From Macrostomum lignano (Eukaryota): DNA of 64,000 nucleotides. How positions within the stretch are numbered: position 1 is the stretch's first letter; each line of letters begins with the position of its first letter. The position numbers were made by a program, and so were the translations under genes. Location: positions 1 through 64,000 of the forward strand of contig NIVC01000621.1 in assembly GCA_002269645.1 (NCBI GenBank), read 5' to 3'. Of the stretch, positions 11,858-22,711 are shown piece by piece. The notes under the pieces were generated by a model, which was not told the origin of the DNA, ran no database searches, and saw nothing but the letters and a program-made list of their open reading frames with translations.

Positions 11858-14387
11858 TCATCCGAGAGTCTGCACAGAGCCGCACGATTGGATGCCGTCG
11901 AATACGAAAAAATTATTAAACGGATCGTCCTTGTGCGATACGGCCTGAACAACAACAAACGGGGAAACAGGAGTAAGTAGTAGCGAGTAGTAGTATTTGC
12001 GCGTGACTACTATTATTAGTTAAGATTAAAACTAATTCTACGTAACTCATTAGACTTTTCTAAACATTGCGAAACTACAAAGCAGTCCTGAATTTTCTTT
12101 GAAATTCCCCGATGAATTTTCTTAGAAATCTACCCTCAACTTTCTTAGAAATTCGCACACTGAACTTTCTTAGAAATCTACCATTAACTGTCTTGAAAAA
12201 CCCTGAACGTTCTTTACAACCTCTCGAACTTTCTTAGAAATCTAACCCGATCTTTCTGAAATCTCACCCTGATCTTTCTGAACTCTCAACCCCTTAACTT
12301 TCATGAAAATCGTACCCTGAACTTTCTTGGAAATCTCACCCTGAACTTTCTTGGAAATCTCACCCTAAACTTTCTTAGAAATCTCACCATTAACTTTCTT
12401 AGAAATCTCACCATGAAATTTCTTGGAAATCTCACCATGAACTTTCTTGGAGATCTCACTTTGAACTTTCCTAGAAATCTCACCTTGAACTTTCCTAAAA
12501 ATCTAACCCCGATCTTTCTTGGAAATCTCACTTTGAAGTTTGAACTTTCTTGGAAATTTAACCCTGAACTTCACCCTGAACTTTCGTATAAACTCACTTT
12601 TAACTCTTGGAAATCTCATTTTAAACTCAAGTTACAATCTCATTTACCTTAACTTGCTAGCTAAGATCCCACCAGCTATCCGCCAATCTCACCTTGATAA
12701 CCTCCTGAGCGGCCACCCCGCCAACAATGGCCAGCACGGGGCAGCTGGGCGGCTGCAGCCCGGAGGACAGAACCGCTTCATCCAGCAGGTTGGCTGGCAG
12801 CTGCTGACTCTCGGCAAAGGCGCGCCACAATGTTTTCAAAGCGTCCACATCGTTAGGCCCGGCGCGAGCGCCATTGTTGGCGCGCTGAAATTCGAACAGC
12901 AGGAAGGCCAGGTAGAGAGCGGGTGACAGGCGCCGCAGGCTGCCCAGCTTGGCGGGGTCCCAGCGAGTGCGCAGCACCGATTCAAAATCGGCGTAATCAG
13001 CTGAGCGCTTGATCAGGTGGGTCTCGACTGGCTGTGAACCTGCGGCGGGGACGGCGGCCGTCTTGGGGTCCACTGAGCTGTCCTGACCGGCCTTTGGGGG
13101 CACCTGCGAGTTGAATAAGGCAAATAGGATTAGTGGGAAGATGGAGGACTCGTGTCATGGATATCGCAGGAGAGATTTGAAAGTGTCGGAATCTCACAGG
13201 AGACTCGGGAATGCCAGAGAATCTCACAGGAGACTTGAGGATGCCAGATAATCTCACATGAGACTGGAGAATGCCAGAGAATTTCATATGAGACACGGGA
13301 ATGTCAGAGAATCTCACATGAGACTGGGGAATGCCAGAGAATCTCACATGAGACTGGAGAATGCCAGAGAATCTCATATGAGACACCGGAATGTCAGAGA
13401 ATCTTCCATGAGACTTGGGTATGCCAGAGAATCTTATATGAGACACCGGAATGTCAGAGAATCTCCCATGAGACTTGGGTATGCCAGAGAATCTCATATG
13501 AGACACAGGAACGTCAGAGAATCTCATATGAGACACAAGAATGTCAGAGAATCTCACATGAGACTCGGGAATGCCAGAGAATCTCATACGAGACACAAGA
13601 ATGTCAGAGAATCTCCCATGAAACTTGGGTATGCCAGAGAATCTCATGTGAGACACAGGAATGTCAGAGAATCACACATGAGATTTGGAGACGTAAGAAT
13701 CTCACAGGTAGACTTTGAAAAAAGATTGAAATCAAAGCATAACACAGCCCAGCTCACCTCAGCCAGTTCCGTAGCAAATTCGTGGCGTTGCAAATCTAAA
13801 AACACGTAACCATGACAACCGAAACAATCGGCCGCAAAGAATTGCACCTGCCGCCGTTGTTTCGCACTACTGTCGCTATTACTATTATTACCAGCTCCGT
13901 TACTATTAACCTCCCCATCGTAAGTAACACTGCGACAAAGTCTGCCAAGCGATTGCAGCACTTCAACAGGTTGGCTGATAGCCAACACAGCATCGTAATC
14001 TTCGTTGGCCAAGACGTCAGCGGTGAGCTGTTCGGGTTGGCCAGACTTAGCCGACACCTCAACCATCGGATTCAAGGAGTGGAGAGCGGAGAGCGCGGCC
14101 TCGGCTCTGGTGGTGGCAGCAGTTGCCAAGGAGGGATCATAAATAAAGCTGCTATCAATGTCGTCAGCTGATAGCGGACTATCGTCCATCAGAGTGAGCG
14201 ATCGGATACCGGCTAGAACCAGATTTTTAGCAATCTCGCCAGTCAACGGAGGCGCCCCAACCATGAGGATGCGAGAGGCCCGAAGCCGCTTCTGAGCGTC
14301 CAGACCCCACAGACGAATCTGGCGATCGTACAGCTCCGCCTCCTGAGCGGTGATGTCCGTTGGGGCTTCCACTGCTGATGACGTCAT
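11858..14387 (-). CDS. SAE1: SUMO-activating enzyme subunit 1 (AOS1), 3 exons
   Basis: Exons 14387-13758, 13103-12693 and 11944-11858, all phase 0. Motifs: ELYDRQIRLWGLDAQKRLRAS, EIAKNLVLAGI, FFAADCFGCHGYVFLDL, PVLAIVGGVAAQEVIKAVSHKDDPFNNFFVFDG. Confidence 0.93.
12095..12620. repeat. Minisatellite, 24-bp unit (CCCTGAACTTTCTTGGAAATCTCA), SAE1 intron 2
   Basis: Tandem copies visible; produces 8-aa-period spurious ORFs. Confidence 0.9.
13180..13710. repeat. Minisatellite, 30-bp unit (GAGACTGGGAATGCCAGAGAATCTCACAT-like), SAE1 intron 1
   Basis: Tandem copies visible; produces 10-aa-period spurious ORFs. Confidence 0.9.
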
Positions 14388-14694
14388 TGCGGACTGGCGG
14401 ACTTTTAAGAGGACGAGGCTTGTTCTTGAGATCTATTGTTAATTAGCGTAGCAGATATGGAGTACACTGATCTGATCAGGAATGTGGGGAGTTTTAGTTA
14501 ATTAGGATTGGTAAATTATGGAAAGCTGAGGGTAGATAAAGGGTAGCTTAGAAGTAAAGATGGGTATATATATATCACGCAAAAAGAAACTATTTTAAGT
14601 AAGATGGGGTAGATTAGGGAACAAGTGTAATGAGGCCTATAATTAGGTGTAAAGATGTGTAGAGAGTAAAGATAGTGGTTAAGGGCGCAGGAGG

Positions 14695-15210
14695 GTATAG
14701 TAGGGGTAAAGGAGGGTAGAGCAGGGGTAAAGGAGGGTAGAGCAGGGGTAAGGATGGGTAGAGCAGGGGTAAGGATGGGTAGAGCAGGGGTAAAGGAGGG
14801 AAGAACAGGGGTAAGAATGGGTAGAGCAGGGGTAAAGGAGGGAAGAACAAGAGTAAGGATGGGTAGAGCAGGGGTAAAGGAGGGAAGAACAGGGGTAAGA
14901 ATGAGTAGAGCAGGGGTAAGAATGGGTAGAGCAGGGGTAAAGGAGGGAAGAACAGGGGTAAGAATGGGTAGAGCAGGGGTAAAGGAGGGAAGAACAAGAG
15001 TAAGAATGGGTAGAGCAGGGGTAAGGATGGGTAGAGCAGGGGTAAAGGAGGGAAGAACAGGGGTAAGAATGGGTAGAGCAGGGGTAAGGATGGGTAGAGC
15101 AGGGGTAAAGGAGGGAAGAACAGGGGTAAGAATGGGTAGAGCAGGGGTAAGGATGGGTAGAGCAGGGGTAAGGATGGGTAGAGCAGAGGTAAAGATGGGT
15201 AGAACCGGGG
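14695..15210. repeat. Purine-rich minisatellite, 21/24-bp units (GGGTAGAGCAGGGGTAAGGAT-like)
   Basis: Directly visible. Confidence 0.9.
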
Positions 15211-15999
15211 TTTAACTTCTCTTTGATAAAGTTAAATGAAGGGAATGCAAGTGAAAATAGGATAAACTAGGCAAAGAAACTGGTAGCCCAGGTAAGATGA
15301 AGGTAAATTATGGAGAGAAGAGAGTATAGATTAACTGATGGCTATAATCGATTAATGCAAGAAAAGGTATACTATGGGAGAAAGATTTACAAAGGGATAC
15401 AGAGAATACAAAAGAAGAGCAAACATCGATCTCTACACAGGAAAGAATGGCCAATCTATTTTTCAGCCTATCTTGCCACAGCTGCAGAGCAAATATGTAC
15501 ACTTAGTTACACACGTGTTTACACACGAAAATAAAGGATATACACATTGTATTACATCGCTATAGCCTTATAGATAGTTGATTTTATATTAGATAAAAGT
15601 AAAATGTCAGTCAAAACGCTATATTTATTAATTCAATGACGGTTTTCAGATTTTGAGTTTTATTAAAATTAATAATCCGCAAAATCTCAGTAATCCTTCA
15701 CCAATAAAAGGGTATAGCAGAAATTTTTAAAAGCACCGCAAATCTGAAAGCCGTACAACTCAAAATCCAACTGACAAGAATTAAAGAGACAACAGTAGCT
15801 ACACTCAATAAGGCAGCAAGTTAAACACGGGGTGCTTATCAATGCTAGCGTTCTCTACGACTTATCTGCAGATTAGAATTAGCCTATAATCTACGATTTC
15901 TAAAGCTTTGTTGCTTTAAAATTCTGGAATGCAAGTTAATCACGGAACAGTCTAGAAGGGAATTCCGAACTATCTTCAAGCAGATGGCTTCACACAAGT

Positions 16000-16670
16000 T
16001 TCAAGCTTCACAAAGTCTTCTAGCAATCTTCACAAAGATTTCTGGCAATCTTCACAAAGTTTTCTGGCAATCTTCACAAAGTTTTCTGGCAATCTTCACA
16101 AAGTCTTCTGGCAATCTTCACAAAATCTTCTGGCAATCTTCACAAAATCTTCTGGCAATCTTCACAAAGTCTTTTGCCAATCTTCACAAAATCTTCTGGC
16201 AATCTTCACAAAATCTTCTGGCAATCTTCACAAAGTCTTTTGCCAATCTTCACAAAATCTTCTGGCAATCTTCACAAAGTCTTCTGTCAATCTTCACAAA
16301 ATCTTCTGGCAATCTTCACAAAGTCTTTTGCCAATCTTCACAAAATCTTCTGGCAATCTTCACAAAGTCTTCTGCCAAGCTTCACAAAGTCTTCTGAAAA
16401 GCTTCAAAAAGTCGTCTGACTGGTCTCACAAAGCCTTCTGTCTATCTTCACAAAGTCTTCTGCCAAGCTTCACAAAGTCTTCTGAAAAGCTTCAAAAAGT
16501 CGTCTGACTGGTCTCACAAAGCCTTCTGTCTATCTTCACAAAGTCTTCTGCCAAGCTTCACAAAGCCTTCTGTCTATCTTCACAAAGTTTTCTGCCAAGC
16601 TTCACATAGTCTTCTGCCAATCTTCACAAAGTCTTCTGTCAATCTTCACAAGTCTTCTGACAAAGTTCAC
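16000..16670. repeat. Minisatellite, 22-bp unit (AATCTTCACAAAATCTTCTGGC)
   Basis: Directly visible. Confidence 0.9.
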
Positions 16671-16793
16671 TAAGTATTTTGACAAGCTTTCCACACAGGA
16701 CTTCGCAGTTCACAAACTACTGGCTTAAGCAACCCTTATTATAACCTTGCTCCAGATTTAAACATTTCACTAGACTTCAAACCTGACAGCAAA

Positions 16794-17468
16794 TCAATCA
16801 GTTAAAGGCAGACACATATTGTAAAACGCAGTCTCAGTTAAAGAATCAACACTACGCCACGAGAGCCAGCCTTCGTGAACTAAGCCACTAAGACTTAACG
16901 GAGGACTATTGACCACTCGGCCATAGTGAGGATCCAACAGCAACAGATCCGTATCGGAACCTGACACAGCCAGAACAGTCTTAGCAGACGCGTCAGTATG
17001 ACCGCCCATCATCACTGGACAGCCGACATCCTCAAAGTGTTTTTTCAACGATTTCACATCGACATTGACTTCGCTCGATTGACTACTCTGATGCAATATC
17101 CGACACCTTCGATTAGCGAATTTATCTGCAAGGTAGGCGGCTTCCAGACAGCCGATCCATTCGCGAGATCCAGTAAAACTAGGCGGCTTATCGCCCATAG
17201 CAACTAAAGCCGATTGCATTGCGGGTATGGCCGGCACTTCCGGATCGGGATGCTGAAGTTTCGAATTGCTCAACAGCCAGTGCAGCTGAGTTTGACAGGC
17301 CCGATAGCCGCAGCCCCAGCCCGCGTCGTTCAAGCCATCGCATCCGTAGTGATAATAAGCCACTGTACCGGTGAACCCGCACACCGCGGCTTGTTGCGAA
17401 GAGTGAATTGGGAGAAGCTGGAGCGCTTCTTCTAAGTTGAACTTTGTACGGTTTGGTGACGGCTGCAA
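16794..17468 (-). CDS. UFSP1: UFM1-specific peptidase, UFSP1-type (peptidase C78); start codon unresolved
   Basis: YYHYGCDGLNDAGWGCGYR (catalytic Cys; UFSP1-type rather than UFSP2-type wording), GDKPPSFTGSREWIG, PVMMGG, LLLLDPHY (Asp/His). No in-frame ATG precedes the catalytic Cys. Confidence 0.88.
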   Translation of the reverse strand: MQPSPNRTKFNLEEALQLLPIHSSQQAAVCGFTGTVAYYHYGCDGLNDAGWGCGYRACQTQLHWLLSNSKLQHPDPEVPAIPAMQSALVAMGDKPPSFTGSREWIGCLEAAYLADKFANRRCRILHQSSQSSEVNVDVKSLKKHFEDVGCPVMMGGHTDASAKTVLAVSGSDTDLLLLDPHYGRVVNSPPLSLSGLVHEGWLSWRSVDSLTETAFYNMCLPLTD

Positions 17469-18571
17469 GTTTTGGTGTAGGGCTGGGTTTTTAAGGTGTT
17501 GGAAATTGAAATGAGGTGTTTATAAATTGATGTGGATGGATAACCGTCAGTTAGTTTAAAATGGACAGACCGAGATAAAAAGGCATCAGATAGGTTGAGA
17601 TTAAGCAGTTGTAGAAACTGACGAGAAACATACTGTGTTTACTAAATTTCCCCAATTCTACAGGAGGATAGCACACATAGGATAGATCTTTATTACGATT
17701 CAATTAGATTCCGTCACATCTTGGATTTTTGGCTTCCTAAATAGAAGCAAATTTCCCATAATGGGGTCAACCATTTTAATAACATAATTATTTACGAGCA
17801 ATTACTAAATCAGCAATAGAAAAGATAAAAGAATGTGCTGCTAGAAGTTACCAACGAATGAACGAATCGATTTTGCAAGAAGCAGAAATTGTCTGCGAAA
17901 GCAGCAAGAAATTTTGTCTAGAAGATACTGGTGTCAATCGTTCGTTAAAGTACAAAAAAGCTTCTATCCACGCTGGAAAATGGAGCTAGCTCGTAAAAGA
18001 CAGAAATATCAGCCAATTCTATTCACTCCACCTGGGAGACAGAGCTAACAACACAATCCTTTAGAGTATATTTAGTAATCGGGACAAATTCAAGGCTGCT
18101 AAATCGTACTCTAGTAGCCATATAAAACGTCAAAGTATTTGACATAAAATCGAGCTCAAAAGGAAGCCAAAAAAGAAACAAATAGGCAGATAATGTACCC
18201 AATAGACAGATAGAAAACTGATGAAATCATAAGCAGGAGAGTAGATAACACAACGTTGAAACAAACAAACAAAATTATGATTAGACTGGCACAATGCAGG
18301 TTAGTACAATATGCCTAAAAAGTCTGTCTGTCTTTGTTAAGGATTTTATGACGGAATTGCTAGAAGTAGCAACAGCTTATGGGAGGTGGCGGTTCTTAAT
18401 GAGCTGTTAAAGGACGATTTTTGACTGTTGGCCGTAGACCAAAAGAAATTTAGCGGCAGGTCAAATTCTATAAGATTATAGAAGCTATTCGAAGCTCGCG
18501 CATAAAGGATTTAAAAGTAGAACGCGTTGAATCTTCCACATTTGACAATAGATTCCGCAAACGACACAGCC

Positions 18572-19480
18572 TCAGAGAATCTGGCACACTCGCCCAGGAT
18601 AATCGGGAAAGTGCACCCGACGATCGGTGCCATAAACATAAAACCGACCACGCCTACCAGACAGCTCCCAGTCCACGGCTGTAACCGAAGACGCTGACAC
18701 ACTATGCCGCATAGCTAAGACGCGCCCCAGCGCCGATTGATGCTGCAATAGTGCCGGGAGCAATTCGCGCGAGAATCTGCGCGCCCTATCGTCGGCGCAT
18801 CGATCCGGCGTCAACGGAGCCAGCCTACGCGCCTCGTCGCGATAAATCTCCGAGCCGAATTGGCTCAAGCGCAAGCCAAGAAACTGCGGATCGTCAATCA
18901 CTATTGAAGCTTCGGCTAAGCGAGTCTCACCTCGACGCTGCCAAACGACGTACAACTCTAGGTGCCAAACTAAGCGACGCCGACCCTCGCACAATGGACA
19001 GACGTAGGTTCCATTCGAGCTGCATCGACTGCAGCGTAAAAATCCGGTAGTACCGCCGCAGAAACTACAGAAAGCGCTGTCATCAGTCGATGGTTTCTTT
19101 TTACTGTCGCTACCGCAAGCTGGACAAGGTTGAGGCGGTTTACCGCCCGAGCGACAATCGCTGCATCGAATGCGACCTCGACCGCGACAGTAGCCGCAAG
19201 AACGAATCGATTCCGTGCCCGGCACGGCAACAGTAGCTTTGCCTTCTAGCCAGTGCTTCAACCGTTCGTCGTCAAGTTCGCCGCCTGGTACAACAATATC
19301 CCATGGCGATTCCGGTGGTGCTGGACTACCATCCGCGTCTAACACTACTTGACGTTTTGAACCATCTTCATCAGTATACGGCAAACAGCGCCATTGAAGT
19401 CGACGACGCTCGACTAGCAGTTCGCAACGATAGGCCACTGAGCAGCCGTGGTGCTTCTTCATTGTTGGCAACGCCTCTAG
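18572..19480 (-). CDS. SSUH2: SSUH2-like protein with DnaJ-type CxxCxGxG zinc-finger repeats; 5' end unresolved
   Basis: AYRCELLVERR..W..LPY, SPWDI, CGYCRGRGRIRC, CSFCGG, CSRCSSNG, CPLCEGRRRL, QRVLAMRH-like segment, C-terminal FYVYGTDRRVHFPDYP..CQIL. Candidate acceptor CAG| at 19481. Confidence 0.72.
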   Translation of the reverse strand, partial: LEALPTMKKHHGCSVAYRCELLVERRRLQWRCLPYTDEDGSKRQVVLDADGSPAPPESPWDIVVPGGELDDERLKHWLEGKATVAVPGTESIRSCGYCRGRGRIRCSDCRSGGKPPQPCPACGSDSKKKPSTDDSAFCSFCGGTTGFLRCSRCSSNGTYVCPLCEGRRRLVWHLELYVVWQRRGETRLAEASIVIDDPQFLGLRLSQFGSEIYRDEARRLAPLTPDRCADDRARRFSRELLPALLQHQSALGRVLAMRHSVSASSVTAVDWELSGRRGRFYVYGTDRRVHFPDYPGRVCQIL

Positions 19481-20309
19481 CTGTATTCATTTCAATGCAG
19501 CAAAACAGATTGAATTCAGTGTAACTTATGCGGGTACATTTTCCTGCACTTACCATATAGGAAAGACAGTGGGATTAGTGAAGCACGGAATGAAATGCAG
19601 ACCAATAGGAGAGACGAAGATGAGTTTTTAAAACCCGCTCCATCTGACTGTTTCCTTCCTGTCCTTCCCGAAAAAGTACAAAGCCCTATTACAATCAAAG
19701 GCTGACGGGTGTTCGCTGTCATGGTTTCACTGAAGCATGACAGATGTTTAAAGACAGACCCGGTAAGCCAAGTTGGATGACAGCTGCTTCGGGACAGAAG
19801 ACAAACTACGGTAATACGACAAACAGGATTAAGAGATTCAAACACGGGATTCTAGTGGATCAATAAAACTAGCTAACTACAGATTGTCTGAGCAGAGCAG
19901 ACACAAGAAGACAGTATGCATGCATGATCAAATTACAGCATCGTACACGCAGGAGAGCAACTATAATAAACTATTGAGCAAGTTTACTCAGCTACAGCTA
20001 TAGCGCCGATCTCTAGTCAACGCTGCATACCGAAAGAAAACACTGGTTATTTTTTTCTGTTAAGTAACTACATTCGATATTCAAGCACTGAGCACAGGAA
20101 ATATAGCTATTGGGAATAGACAGCTAGGTTGCTTTTACTAGCGTAATATGATCCAGAAGATGCTTTATTTGCCTGTGAGCAAAGCATATTTCTGCTTATC
20201 AGATATTTTTAAGGGTTATGATGGCTCCTGTACCCAGTGCCCGAATCGAATGCAGTTTTCGACACATAAAATTTACAGATGGTTTTTTACGGCATGTACT
20301 GGTAGACTA

Positions 20310-20851
20310 CGAGGGGTGTCCGGAAAGTTTTTGACACTTTTAATCCCAGAGCAAAAACAGTAGCAGCTGCAGGCACAACGTTGGTGTCATTTTAAATCAG
20401 CACATCTCTTCTTTCCAATGAATTCAGCCGCGTGCATTTTAATCATTTCATTCAAAAGTTGTGTGTGAAAAACCATCCCAATGCCACCGACAGTCTTACA
20501 GTAAAAGTTTAAAAAATATAAAAGGCGATAATTTTGTCCTCAAAGAAACGACTTGTAGTCATTCATCATCATCATCATCAACCTTCAAGGCAGCCTTCTC
20601 AACATAGTCTTCACCTGTAGCAACCCACTACTCATCGCTTGAGCATTCCGTGCCTTTGGCCCTTTTTTCGATTGCACACTCATAATGGTGCATGGTACAT
20701 TACTTCTGAATGAAATGACTAAAATAAATGCGACTAAATTCATAGGTAAGAAGAGATGTGCCGCTTTAAAATGTACGCCAAAGTTGTGCTTGCGGCTGCT
20801 ACTGTTTTTTCTCTGGGATTAAAAGTGCCAGAACTTTCCGGACACCTCTCG
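20310..20851. mobile_element. Tc1/mariner-type MITE (542 bp)
   Basis: About 70-bp imperfect TIRs, CGAGGGGTGTCCGGAAAGTT.../...AACTTTCCGGACACCTCTCG. TA on the left, CA on the right. Additional internal inverted symmetry; no ORF. Confidence 0.8.
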
Positions 20852-21689
20852 CAGATAGAGATCTGTGATAAACTTTTCAGGCTATTTTCTACATTATATT
20901 TAAACTAACCTACAGTGAACTATGTGAATTTAATCTAGTAAAATTAACTTCAAGACCGACGGCAACTTCACCGTAAAAATATAAATAGACATGCTAGCTG
21001 ATAGCAAAGTTTATTTCTGTATAAGATGAAAACAAACACTACAGCAGCAATGGTAAGTAGTGCAATTCGAACACGCAAACCTATATAAAACAAGTGAAGT
21101 TTTTTGCACACATAAAACAGACATCTATAAATAGAGTGCGATCTTGTCAATAAGAAAAGTAAAAGTTATCACAGCAAAATAAACAGGACGGAATGTTTCT
21201 CAAGAACTAAATAAACGTAGAAACGTAGCCAAGCAGATTAGCGAATTCATAATTATACCAAAGAGAAGAATAAAAAGTACAAGGTCTAAGTTGTAGAGGC
21301 TTTGTACCATAGCCATCTAGTATTAATTTTCAAAGACGAATAGTTGATAAAAAAATCACATAGAAATCATAAAATATTCGAATATGATTAAAGCAGACGT
21401 TGCAATTCCCAAATGTGGATGGCTAATGGCAAGTCGCATTTACAACACGAGAAGTTATGGCGTAACATTCTGTTAATGAAACAGCTGTAGAAAAAACAGC
21501 CATTTTTTGATTTTGCAACGATTCGCCTTCTCACCTATGACTGACAAGTTGATCCAACGACATCAAATTTTCCACCTTTTTTGATTCACAGAAATCGTGT
21601 AGAATTCATGAAAGAAAATATTTCTTATTAATAAATTTAGGGCACGGAATTTCACAATATGCTATGAAATATCAACTCTAAAACAACAA

Positions 21690-22570
21690 ATCTCACCCCT
21701 AGAGATATGTATACAGAGAAATCTTACCCCTGGAGATATGTACGCATAGAAATCTCACCCCTGTAGATATGTATGCATAGAAATCTCACCCCTTGAGATA
21801 TGTATGCATAGAAAGCTTACCCCTAGAGATATGTATGCATAGAAATCTCACCCTAGAGATATGTATACAGAGAAATCTCACCCCTAGAGATATGTATAGA
21901 GAGAAATCTCACCACTAGAGATATGTATACAGAGAAATCTCACCCTTAGAGATATGTATACAGAGAAATCTCACCCCTAGAGATATGTATACAGAGAAAT
22001 CTCACCCTTAGAGATATGTATACAGAGAAATCTCACCCCTAGAGATATGTATACAGAGAAATCTCACCCCTAGAGATATGTATACGGAGAAATCTCACCC
22101 CTAGAGATATGTATGCATAGAAATCTCACCCCCAGAGATATGTATGCATAGAAATCTCACCCCCAGAGATATGTATGCATAGAAATCTCACCCCTAGAGA
22201 TATGTATGCATAGAAATCTTACCACTAGAGATATGTATGCATAGAAATCTCACCCCTAGAGATATGTATGCATAGAAATCTCACCCCTAGAGATATGTAT
22301 GCATAGAAATCTCACCCCTAGAGATATGTATGCATAGAAATCTCACCCCTAGAGATATGTATAGAGAGAAATCTCACCCTATAGATATGTATAGAGAGAA
22401 ATTTCACCCTAGAGATATGAATAGAGAGAAATCTCACCCCTAGAGATATGTATAGAGAGAAATCTCACCCTAGAGATATGAATAGAGAGAAATCTCACCC
22501 CTAGAGATATGTATGCATAGAAATCTTACCCCTAGAGATATGTATACATGGGAATGTGAGATATGTATGC
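21690..22570. repeat. Minisatellite, 30-31-bp unit (AGAGATATGTATGCATAGAAATCTCACCCCT)
   Basis: About 28 tandem copies downstream of NEK1. Confidence 0.93.
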
Positions 22571-22711
22571 ACAGAATTTTCAGTCCTTTTCATTCAGATA
22601 AATACGTGAAAATTTAACCCATTAAACACAATAAAAGAAACGCCTCCAAGCTAAAGACACAAGGAAACAGGAAATTCTGAATGAAAAGGTCATGAATAGC
22701 CAGTAAGGCCG

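Noticed and set aside
12301-16419. Periodic ORFs at 12301-12652, 12997-13809, 14614-15215 and 15984-16419
   Set aside because: They coincide with 24-, 30-, 21/24- and 22-bp minisatellites in introns or intergenic DNA.
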